The position numbers were made by a program, and so were the translations under genes. The notes beneath the pieces were generated by a model. It was not told the origin of the DNA and ran no database searches. It saw only the letters and a program-made list of their open reading frames with translations. A stretch of DNA of 64,000 nucleotides, taken from contig JAYFMW010000030.1 in the NCBI GenBank assembly GCA_042408215.1, positions 480,001 to 544,000 on the forward strand, written 5' to 3'. The DNA comes from Microcoleus sp. (GTDB lineage: Bacteria; Cyanobacteriota; Cyanobacteriia; Cyanobacteriales; Microcoleaceae). Positions 1 to 8,188 of this stretch are shown piece by piece; the stretch's first letter is position 1, and each line of letters starts with the position of its first letter.

Positions 1-152
1 CTAAGATGTAATCAGACTGACGCATCAAAATCCAAGAAACCGGGTTTTTAGCCATTTTTGCAAGCTGTGACGAAGTATCTCCCAAAAACCCGGTTTCTAA
101 CCACCAGTGCGTCGAAGACTAAATAAACAAGCTAAAAAGCAAGCAGGTAGCC

Positions 153-797
153 ATGACAGCCACCCTAATTCAAAGTCAAACTTCTGGAGTTTTGCTTACA
201 AACATTAGCTGGCAAACTTACGAATCTCTGGTAAACGAGCTAGCAGAACAGCGGGGAATTCGTTTAACTTACGATCGAGGTACATTAGAAATTATGACTC
301 CATCAGATCCACATGAGGGGAACAAACAAATCTTAGGACGTTTTGTAGAAACTGTCACCGAAGAATTGAATGTAGAAATTCGCAGCCTGGGTTCGAGAAC
401 TTGCAAACGCGAGGATTTAGAACGCGGATTAGAACCGGATCAGTGCTACTACATTGAGAATGAGGGAATTGTCCGCAGCCTCAAGCAAATTGACTTGAAT
501 CAAGATCCGCCACCCGATTTAGTAATTGAAATTGACATTACTAGCAGTTCTATTAACCGCATGGAATTGTATGCGAGTTTGGGCGTACCAGAGCTTTGGC
601 GTTATGACGGTTCGCGTTTAATATTCTATCAGTTAGAAGGTCAGGAATATGTAGAACGAGAGGTTTCTCCCCACTTTCCTTTTTTGTCACCCTCTGAGAT
701 TATGGGATTTGTGGAAACGCAAAAAGATGTGGGAGAAACATCGATGATTCGAGGGTTTAGGCAGTGGGTGAGGAGTAGGATTCAGTCAGGGGAATGA
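153..797 (+). CDS. Uma2 family (DUF820) putative restriction endonuclease
   Basis: Motifs 'ISWQTYE', 'RLTYDRGTLEIM', 'EPDQCYYI', 'PPPDLVIEIDITS', 'YASLGVPELWRYD'. Confidence 0.9.
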   Translation: MTATLIQSQTSGVLLTNISWQTYESLVNELAEQRGIRLTYDRGTLEIMTPSDPHEGNKQILGRFVETVTEELNVEIRSLGSRTCKREDLERGLEPDQCYYIENEGIVRSLKQIDLNQDPPPDLVIEIDITSSSINRMELYASLGVPELWRYDGSRLIFYQLEGQEYVEREVSPHFPFLSPSEIMGFVETQKDVGETSMIRGFRQWVRSRIQSGE

Positions 798-810
798 AAT
801 GAAAAGCGCA

Positions 811-1066
811 CTTGGATTGGGGGCGGGGTTCAGAAACCGGGTTTCTTCGGAACATCTCGTGAGGATGCGTAAATTCTCGTAGAAACCCGGTTTCTTGGAT
901 TGGGGGCGGGGTTCAGAAACCGGGTTTCTTCGGAACATCTGGTGAGGATGCGTAAATGCTCCTAGAAACCTGGTTTCTTGTATTGGGGGCGGGGTTCAGA
1001 AATCGGGTTTCTTCGGAACATCTGGTGAGGATGCGTAAATGCTCGCAGAAACCCGGTTTCTTGGAT
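811..1066. repeat. Three tandem 83-bp units, each with an AGAAACCGGGTTTCT/AGAAACCCGGTTTCT inverted pair
   Basis: Unit starts at 811, 894, 977 and a partial at 1060; only a few substitutions between units; the same palindrome family occurs at about 35-98 and 53910-53940. Confidence 0.9.
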
Positions 1067-1155
1067 GGTTGGGCGATCATCGCCTGTGGGATTAATTCAC
1101 CCACAATCGCCAAAAATATCGCATTCCCCCCTTTTGAAGAATGGGAATCTATTAA

Positions 1156-1344
1156 TTAAGGACAGTGATATGTGTTGCCATGCTTGTCTATGCAAATGTT
1201 TTGAGCTACGCTATGCTTCAACATCATCTTCATTGTAGCTCTTGGGGTAGTTGAGGTCGTCGCAACTTTGACCAATACCAAAGTCGAAGGGGCGATCGCC
1301 GAAATTAGTATAAATAAGCAGGAAATCAAGATTTTGCAATTCAT
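1156..1344 (-). CDS. Small secreted peptide precursor (62 aa) with C-terminal C-x9-C loop
   Basis: AGGTG Shine-Dalgarno-like motif 8 nt before the ATG; basic then hydrophobic N-terminus; possible 'SVA|Q' cleavage site; C-terminal QNICIDKHGNTYHCP; divergent from the STAND gene. Confidence 0.6.
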   Translation of the reverse strand: MNCKILISCLFILISAIAPSTLVLVKVATTSTTPRATMKMMLKHSVAQNICIDKHGNTYHCP

Positions 1345-1444
1345 TCTCGTGTCACCTAGTCAATTTTTTGAGTAGGGAACAAACGAGTTAGCGCTAACTG
1401 CTGTCTCCATAATTCCAGCATGAGGCAGGCCAAAAGGCTTTCGG

Positions 1445-1481
1445 GGTCACATCTAGGTCATTATTTGGTCATTTTGGGTGC
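1445..1481. promoter_or_regulatory. Direct-repeat operator candidate: GGTCA x3 at 11-bp period plus a degenerate GGTGC
   Basis: GGTCA at 1445, 1456 and 1467 and GGTGC at 1477, inside the divergent spacer between the peptide and STAND genes. Confidence 0.5.
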
Positions 1482-1534
1482 TAGATAAGTGAACCAGAAC
1501 AAAACAAAGAAAAAACCTAAGTAGAAAATAATTT

Positions 1535-4183
1535 ATGGCTGTGACTCTCAGAGCTTCTGACAAGGGGTTAAAAAAGATCGATCGCCTTAGAATTATCAAA
1601 GGCTGGTCAAAAAGAGAAAAGGCTTGGTATGAGTTGGCATATACTTCAGAATCTACTTTAAGGAGGTTTTGGAAAAAACAGCCAATTTCCTATGAAAATT
1701 TTGTCAAAATTTGCACAGTTATAGATGCAAACTGGCAAGATATTTTTGATGATAGTCATATCCCCGTAGGGACACAGCATTGCCGTGTCCCTACCTCTGC
1801 TCACCCCTTTGCACTTCCTGAAAAAATCGCACCAGTCAGGAATTGGGTAGGCCGATCGCGTGAAATCGACACCCTCAAATCCCAGATCCTCGATCCAGAA
1901 ACTAGAGCAATTACCATCACCGCCGTTTGTCTGGTAGGCTTAGCTGGAATTGGCAAAACCACTCTCGCCAGTCAGCTAATCCGCCAGCTACAAGCGGAAA
2001 ACGCCCCTTTTGCCGTTGCTGCTTGGGAAACTCTGCGATCGCCCACGGGCAAAGCACCTCAATTTGATAGCATTATTGATTCCCTATTGCTCACTCTTTC
2101 TCATGGCGAAATTTCTGCGGCTACTACTCAAAATGACTATCGCCAAAAAACAGAAATTTTGGTGAGATTACTAAAGGAAAAACCTTGTCTAGTTGTACTA
2201 GATAATGTCGAAACTGTATTGCAAACTGGGCAAGCTCAAAAAACGGGGTATTTTGCCGATGACTGTCTTGAGTATAAGTGGTTATTCAACCAGCTAGTCG
2301 AAACGGAACATCAAAGCAAAGTAATTTTTACCAGTCGGGAAAGTTTGGCAGAATTGTCCGCGATCGCGGTTAGAGAACTCCCTCTCAAAGGACTAGAAAA
2401 AGAGGATGCCGTGAACTTGCTGGAATCTCATCAGCAATGTTTGAATTTGACAACGACTTCAGAAGAATTAGCACAGTTGGCGGAACGCTATCAAGGACAT
2501 CCTAAAGCCTTGGAAGTAGTTTCAGCTTTGATTCGGGATGAACCCAAATTTAAAGGACAAGTAGGTAAATTTTTAGGCGATCGTCAATGGCTATTGATTA
2601 ATACCATCGATCGACTCATTGATGAAGTTTTTATTCGTCTCAGTGACTTAGAAAGAACTTGCTTGAGTCGGATTTCTGTTTATCAAACATCGGAATATCC
2701 ACTAGATACAGCCGGAATTGCAGCGCAGATGCCAGAGGTAAGCAAGTATGAGTTAGAAGAGAGCATTATTCAAGGACTTAGACGCAGGCAATTATTAGAC
2801 TATGACGATCAGCAAGAATCTTATCAAATGCACCCGTTAATTCAAGAAAAGGCTCATCGCGTCCTACGCCCTGATCCAAAATTTGCCACTTCAGAATGTC
2901 AAATTGCTAATCGCCAAGCCTATCGCTATTTCCTCAGTATCCAACTCAAAACTGAAGCTGAATGGCAAGAAATTGAGGATATTAAACCACTTCTGAGAGC
3001 GCACTATCACGCCTGTTGTGCAGAAGATTGGGATGAAGCGACAGGGGCAATTTTGGGAGTCTATGATTTCCTGCGTCTGGGATTTTTATTTCAGCTTTTG
3101 AAAGATTTATATACCAAACCAATCCCGCCTGACTGGAGAGATGGTAAACAATTAGTCACCTCTCCCGAAGTTCACGCAGATATTCTCCGATACCTGGGAG
3201 TAGCCTGTATTTATTTAGGTCAATATCAAGCGGCTCTTGAATATCTATCTGTCAGTTTGTCTACAGCCAGTAAAATTAGATATCGCGAAGGTGAAGCAGC
3301 AGCATTATGCGAGATAGGAGATGTTTACATAGAGACAGGAGACTACCAAATATCTTTAGACTATTTAAAACAAAGCTTAGTCATAGCTAGAGAAATTACA
3401 GCTAAGAAAATAGAATGTAAAGCTTTGATTTATCAAGGAACTAACCAATATTATTTAGGAGATTACTATCTAGGTAGAGCCACCTACAAGCAAGCTTTAA
3501 AAATAGCACGTCAAATTGGGTATATTGAAATAGAAGGAAGTAGCCTTAAGGATTTAGCTTTCTTTTATAATGTTTTAGGTGACTATCAATCAGCACTTGA
3601 CTATATTCAAAAATATTCATCTCTTCCTGATTCATATAAAGGAATCAGCTCTCTTAAAGAAGTTCAAGTCTATTTAGCTAATATATATTTTAATAAGGGT
3701 GAAGCTGAAACAGCCCAAAAATTTGCTAACGAAGCTTTACGCTTAGAGGGAAATATTGGAAAAAATTGCGGTACAGATTCATTTATTTCTTTTGGCATTA
3801 GCTACAGATTTTTTGAAGATTTACAACAAAGCTTTGAGTATTTTGACAAACGGTTTAAGAGAGCCAAGGAAATTGCTGTTAAATTCGATGAAGCCTGGGC
3901 TTTATATCAAATAGGCATGACTTATCTGCAATTAGGACAGCATGATTTATCTTTAGAGTATTTTCACCAAAGCCTTAATATTTTTCATAAAATAGGTACT
4001 CGTGCTTATGAGGCTGAGTCATTGTTGGAATTAGCAAAAACCAGTTTACTCATCAATAAAATCCCTTTAGAAACTATCCAAGATTACTGCGATCGCGCGG
4101 AAAACATTTGTCTCGATCTCAAGCTGCCACTATTAACAGAAGTACAAAAACTCCAAGCAAATTTACCGGAAAATCGCGACTAA
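1535..4183 (+). CDS. HTH + NB-ARC (STAND NTPase) + TPR protein
   Basis: N-terminal XRE-like helical domain ('TSESTLRRFW...FVKIC'); Walker A GLAGIGKT; Walker B LVVLDNVE; GHPKAL (GxP); YQMHPL (MHD-like); C-terminal TPR repeats. Confidence 0.9.
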   Translation: MAVTLRASDKGLKKIDRLRIIKGWSKREKAWYELAYTSESTLRRFWKKQPISYENFVKICTVIDANWQDIFDDSHIPVGTQHCRVPTSAHPFALPEKIAPVRNWVGRSREIDTLKSQILDPETRAITITAVCLVGLAGIGKTTLASQLIRQLQAENAPFAVAAWETLRSPTGKAPQFDSIIDSLLLTLSHGEISAATTQNDYRQKTEILVRLLKEKPCLVVLDNVETVLQTGQAQKTGYFADDCLEYKWLFNQLVETEHQSKVIFTSRESLAELSAIAVRELPLKGLEKEDAVNLLESHQQCLNLTTTSEELAQLAERYQGHPKALEVVSALIRDEPKFKGQVGKFLGDRQWLLINTIDRLIDEVFIRLSDLERTCLSRISVYQTSEYPLDTAGIAAQMPEVSKYELEESIIQGLRRRQLLDYDDQQESYQMHPLIQEKAHRVLRPDPKFATSECQIANRQAYRYFLSIQLKTEAEWQEIEDIKPLLRAHYHACCAEDWDEATGAILGVYDFLRLGFLFQLLKDLYTKPIPPDWRDGKQLVTSPEVHADILRYLGVACIYLGQYQAALEYLSVSLSTASKIRYREGEAAALCEIGDVYIETGDYQISLDYLKQSLVIAREITAKKIECKALIYQGTNQYYLGDYYLGRATYKQALKIARQIGYIEIEGSSLKDLAFFYNVLGDYQSALDYIQKYSSLPDSYKGISSLKEVQVYLANIYFNKGEAETAQKFANEALRLEGNIGKNCGTDSFISFGISYRFFEDLQQSFEYFDKRFKRAKEIAVKFDEAWALYQIGMTYLQLGQHDLSLEYFHQSLNIFHKIGTRAYEAESLLELAKTSLLINKIPLETIQDYCDRAENICLDLKLPLLTEVQKLQANLPENRD
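1766..1794. repeat. GTAG-type REP-like palindrome inside the STAND coding linker
   Basis: GTAGGGACAC-AGCATTGCC-GTGTCCCTAC, translated in frame within 'PVGTQHCRVPT'. Confidence 0.8.
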
Positions 4184-4205
4184 ATATATCATGAATTAGA
4201 TTTAC

Positions 4206-4925
4206 CTACTCCCCCAAAGCTTGCCGCTGAGCCTCCAACAATTCCTGAATCCCAGTTTCCGCCAAATCCAAAATTTGATTCAACTGACTCCGACTAAAAC
4301 TTCCCTCTTCCGCAGTTCCCTGAACTTCAATAATATTCAAATCCCCATTCATCACCACATTACAATCAATTTCCGCCGCCACATCTTCCACATAATTCAA
4401 ATCTAAAAATAGCTCACCTTCCAAAAGACCCACAGACACGGCCGCCACTTGACGCACAAGGGGCGATCGCACTAAATCACCTTTTTGCACCAACTTATTC
4501 AAAGCATCAGCCACAGCGAGAAACGCGCCATTAATAGAAGTCGTCCGAGTCCCCGCGTCCGCTTGCAAAACATCAGCATCGACAAGTATTGTGCGATCGC
4601 CCAATAGTTGCATATCCAAGCACGATCGCAAACTCCGGCCAATCAACCGCTGAATTTCCTGAGTGCGCCCCGATAACTTCATAAATTCCCGCTCTTGTCG
4701 CTGCGGCGTAGATCCCGGTAACATTCGATACTCCGCAGTCAGCCAACCTTTTCCGGTATTCTCCAGAAACCTAGGCACTCCCGGCTTAATCGTAACGCTG
4801 CACAGTACCTGAGTATCGCCACTTTTCGCTAGCACCGAACCGCTAGCAAATTTGGTAAATTCGCGATCGAAACTAATCGGACGCAGTTGATTTGGTTGTC
4901 TACCATCGGCACGTTTTATGGACAT
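4206..4925 (-). CDS. rph: Ribonuclease PH
   Basis: '[12 protein letters not shown]', '[11 protein letters not shown]', '[16 protein letters not shown]', 'LQADAGTRT'. Start moved to the ATG at 4925; the upstream ORF extension is repeat DNA. Confidence 0.97.
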   Translation of the reverse strand: MSIKRADGRQPNQLRPISFDREFTKFASGSVLAKSGDTQVLCSVTIKPGVPRFLENTGKGWLTAEYRMLPGSTPQRQEREFMKLSGRTQEIQRLIGRSLRSCLDMQLLGDRTILVDADVLQADAGTRTTSINGAFLAVADALNKLVQKGDLVRSPLVRQVAAVSVGLLEGELFLDLNYVEDVAAEIDCNVVMNGDLNIIEVQGTAEEGSFSRSQLNQILDLAETGIQELLEAQRQALGE

Positions 4926-4929
4926 AAGT

Positions 4930-4990
4930 AATTGGGAATTGGGAATTGGGAATTGGGAATTGCGAATTGGGAATTGCGAATTGCGAATTG
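4930..4990. repeat. STRR heptamer array (AATTGGG/AATTGCG)
   Basis: About 8 tandem heptamers. Confidence 0.9.
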
Positions 4991-5200
4991 GTGTCAACTT
5001 AACTTCTAACCCAGTCACAGACTGCGGTTTAACTATTAAACTTAGATCCCCCCGACGCCAAGAGGGCGGGCACGGGGGCACCGCCCCTACAAGGGGGGGA
5101 CAAGAGTCTGCTCAAAGTCCCCCTTCTTAAGGGGGATTTAGGGGGATCTAGACTGAGGTAAAAACTAGATTTCTCAAGGCTTTTAGTCTTAACTTGACAC
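4991..5200. mobile_element. MITE with terminal inverted repeats GTGTCAACTTAA...TTAA(C)TTGACAC
   Basis: Terminal inverted repeat; homologous second copy at 58716-58955; nested GC hairpins inside. Confidence 0.75.
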
Positions 5201-5256
5201 TCCTTGGGCATTGGGCATTGGGTATCCATCGATAAATAACAACTAACTAATAACAA

Positions 5257-5808
5257 CTAATTATTAACAACTTTAAGAATATCCTGCTGCACTTGTTCAG
5301 GAGATCGATCGCCGTTGACAGTTAACAGCTTGTTGCGATGCTCGTAATAATCTAAAATCGGGAGCGTTTGCTCCTCAAACAAATCGAGCCGGCGCTGCAA
5401 AATTTCTGGACTATCATCCGATCGCGATCGATCGCTCGATCGACTCAACAACACCTCCGTCGGCACCTTCAACCAAATCGCCCAATCTAGCTCTTGTCCC
5501 AAATCAAAGAGCAAAAAATCCAACTCCTCAGCTTGAAAAGCCGTGCGCGGATAGCCCTCCAACACCCAGCCATTAAAGACATCCCACAGCAGCAGTCTCT
5601 GGCGAAAGAATTGAATCATCGTGGCGTCGGGCACTAATTCCCCTGTTTCCACATAAGGCATCGCCAACTTGCCCAAATCTGTTTCAGAGGCGATCGCACC
5701 CCGCAGAATGTCCCCCACAGCCAGCAAAGGAATGCTCAAATTACTGCACAGTAGTTCAGCCTGAGTTCCCTTGCCCGCTCCAGGCCCTCCCAGAATCACC
5801 AATCTCAC
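5257..5808 (-). CDS. adk: Adenylate kinase (short form, no long LID)
   Basis: GGPGAGKGTQA P-loop, 'GDILR', 'GELVPD', 'EGYPRT', 'RSDD'. Confidence 0.9.
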   Translation of the reverse strand: MRLVILGGPGAGKGTQAELLCSNLSIPLLAVGDILRGAIASETDLGKLAMPYVETGELVPDATMIQFFRQRLLLWDVFNGWVLEGYPRTAFQAEELDFLLFDLGQELDWAIWLKVPTEVLLSRSSDRSRSDDSPEILQRRLDLFEEQTLPILDYYEHRNKLLTVNGDRSPEQVQQDILKVVNN

Positions 5809-5907
5809 TGTGCTCTGCTCCTAGCGCTGCGACATTCAAAGTTTACCCGTTATTGAGATAGATCGGGCAAAATGGCTGCGATCGCCACTACAGCCAGCTT
5901 TAGACAA

Positions 5908-5965
5908 TTTGTATATCTAGCGTGCGATCGGATGTACACTAAGTCCAGTACACTATATATTGTCA
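5908..5965 (+). promoter_or_regulatory. Tandem NrdR-box-like sites
   Basis: ACACTATATATTGTCA (5950-5965) fits the NrdR consensus acaCwAtATaTwGtg; a weaker box TTTGTATATCTAGCGT (5908-5923) lies 42 bp upstream. Confidence 0.55.
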
Positions 5966-6032
5966 ATCAGGCTTCATCCTCGTCAAGGTCGGAGCCGCCC
6001 CCAAGACTTAGTTGCTGATTAGATATTGCCCT

Positions 6033-6569
6033 ATGATTGCCCAGTTAAAAACCCCTACCCTCAATTTAACCCACAGCTTGCCCTACACTGTTGAAGGGCT
6101 GGTGCAAGTCTTTACAGGCCCGCACCGCAGCTTTTTTACAACTGTCATGGCTCAGACGCTCCGAATTGCAGGACAGGGGACTCCGGTGCTAGCGGTGCAG
6201 TTCCTCAAAGGAGGAATTAATCAAGGACACAAGCATCCGGTGCGGCTAGGGCAGAATTTAGATTGGGTGCGGTGCGATTTGCCACGCTGCATTGACAAAG
6301 CCGATTTAGACGAGCTGGAGATGCGATCGATTCGGGAATTGTGGCAGTATGTTCAAGATGTTGTACGCCAAGGCCGTTACGCCCTAGTCATTCTCGACGA
6401 ATTGAGTTTAGCGGTTAATTTGGGTTTGATTCCCGAAGCAGAAGTATTAGCATTGATTGACAGCAAGCCACACCATTTAGAGATTATTTTTACCGGGCCA
6501 TCTATGCCGCAAGGAATTTTGGATGTAGCCGACCAAATTACAGAAATTCGCCGCACTCAAGGACAATAA
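6033..6569 (+). CDS. CobA/CobO/BtuR-like cob(I)alamin adenosyltransferase-family protein (degenerate P-loop)
   Basis: 'GLVQVFT', 'VQFLKGG', 'LVILDEL', 'IIFTG', 'ADQITEIR'. Confidence 0.8.
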   Translation: MIAQLKTPTLNLTHSLPYTVEGLVQVFTGPHRSFFTTVMAQTLRIAGQGTPVLAVQFLKGGINQGHKHPVRLGQNLDWVRCDLPRCIDKADLDELEMRSIRELWQYVQDVVRQGRYALVILDELSLAVNLGLIPEAEVLALIDSKPHHLEIIFTGPSMPQGILDVADQITEIRRTQGQ

Positions 6570-6634
6570 TTCAAGTTGCGATCTCGCCTCCCAAAACTTG
6601 TCCGATCGGGCGATCGCGATCGCCTCTAATCCTG

Positions 6635-6797
6635 AGACATTTCCCACAAATAATCTCAAGCTTTTTTACAGATATATGGGTGAAGCTTGGGGGCGACAAT
6701 TCCTATTGAAAACCTCTTATTTTATGCCCAAATGCTTCACCCTCCCCAAAAGCGGGGATCGCACTCCTACGCGATATTTTATTTGTGGGAGATGTCT
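6635..6797. mobile_element. MITE with inverted repeat AGACATYTCCCACAAATAA
   Basis: 19-bp near-perfect terminal inverted repeats; no credible ORF. Confidence 0.65.
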
Positions 6798-6826
6798 ATT
6801 GAATTATTGGACAAATGTGGGCAAGT

Positions 6827-7337
6827 TTGACACTCTCCGGGAATCAACGCCACGGAGATTCTTAAGACCACAATTTGAGTCTTAAAGGCGCTGACAAATC
6901 GCCTCTACACGCTCAAAACAACTACTAACACGAGAAGTATTGCAATTGCGCTTACTTTGATCTTTTTATACTTTCAGAGTCCATCACGCCCGCCAGTTAG
7001 GTACGCTCAACAATTCACTATTACTTGTTTAACCAGACTCGATCGAGTCGAGGCGAGCTAAATCAGGAGTTACACCTTTTGAAATTGTTTCAACACGTAG
7101 ATAGTTGTTCTTACTTGCCTTTCTAAATATTCTAACACGAAGCCGTCAATCGATTTTAGATTTTAGATTTTAGATTTTAGATTTACCCCACGGATAAATG
7201 CGGGGGCTTGAGGATTTTAGATTTGGGATTTTGGATTGATTCCACGGATCAATCCGGGGGCTTGTACCACCTTTGAAATTATTGGTCAAGCGAAGGACGG
7301 GTCTTGGGCCCTGCGCTTCGCTCCGCCCATTTTTTTG
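6827..7337 (-). mobile_element. Non-autonomous IS200/IS605 derivative (ends plus omegaRNA-like segment, no ORF)
   Basis: Right end AAGAATCTCC...GGAGAGTGTCAA; left end closely matches the left end of the TnpB element near 49610-49653; left-end hairpin is split by a nested insertion at about 7148-7293. Confidence 0.75.
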
Positions 7338-7461
7338 GTGAATCACCCACAAACGTAGACCTTTTCACGGTCATAGGCTGGCTATCTCTCCTCAAAACGA
7401 TCGTGTTTTCCACTTTTGTCTTAAGTTCGGCGGATAGCACCAAATCAATTTAGCAGGAATA

Positions 7462-7641
7462 TCACGCTTGAATTACCGGATCGAACACAACAGTCAACCG
7501 ATCGGCCGGAACCATCCGCTTGAGAATTTGCAAGTGACCGTCTGCATCAGACCAACTGCGAAACTGACCCACAACCACCTTTTCCAGATTCGGAAGCGCT
7601 CGAACTACAGTCCACGGCTTGAGACGTTTTTCTTGCAGCAT
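7462..7641 (-). CDS. Small cyanobacterial hypothetical protein (59 aa)
   Basis: AAGGAG RBS; resembles a recurrent cyanobacterial family 'RL.PW..VR.LP......V..FR..SDA..HL..L......VVFD'. Confidence 0.7.
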   Translation of the reverse strand: MLQEKRLKPWTVVRALPNLEKVVVGQFRSWSDADGHLQILKRMVPADRLTVVFDPVIQA

Positions 7642-7824
7642 AATAGATATATCTCCTTTTTGAATTGGAGCCAAAGCCAGTCAACCATGCTTGGCCACGG
7701 CAGAATACTGGCTTTTGACTTGATAAACTTGCCCTTCTCTCAAAACATATCACAAAAAAAATAGTTTGTGATTAGATCTTATTTTTCATTTTTTTATAGC
7801 TATTTTCTACATAACACATCATTT

Positions 7825-8188
7825 ATGGTAATTGGTCATTGGTCATTGGTCATTGGTCATTGGTCATTGGGGAATTGGTCATTGGTCATTGGGAATAACA
7901 ACTAACAACTAACAACTAACAACTAACAACGAACTAATGACTAATAACTAATAACTAATGACTAATAACTAATGACCAATGACTAATGACTAATAACTAA
8001 TGACCAATGACTAATGACTAATAACTAATAACTAATGACTAATGACTAATGACCAATGACTAATGACCAATGACTAATGACTAATGACTAATGACTAATG
8101 ACTAATAACTAATGACCAATGACCAATGACCAATGACTAATGACTAATGACTAATGACTACTGACTAATGACTACTGACTAATGACTA
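7825..8188. repeat. STRR arrays (TTGGTCA, then inverted TGACYAA/TAACTAA)
   Basis: Long heptamer tracts in opposite orientations; the kinase stop codon is the first unit. Confidence 0.95.

Noticed and set aside
811..1066. Possible CRISPR array
   Set aside because: Units are near-identical over their whole length with no unique spacers, and no cas genes are nearby.
4926..5081. Long N-terminal extensions on rph (likewise DUF445, dienelactone hydrolase, ycf37, ylxR)
   Set aside because: They run through repeat or intergenic DNA; downstream starts match the family N-termini.
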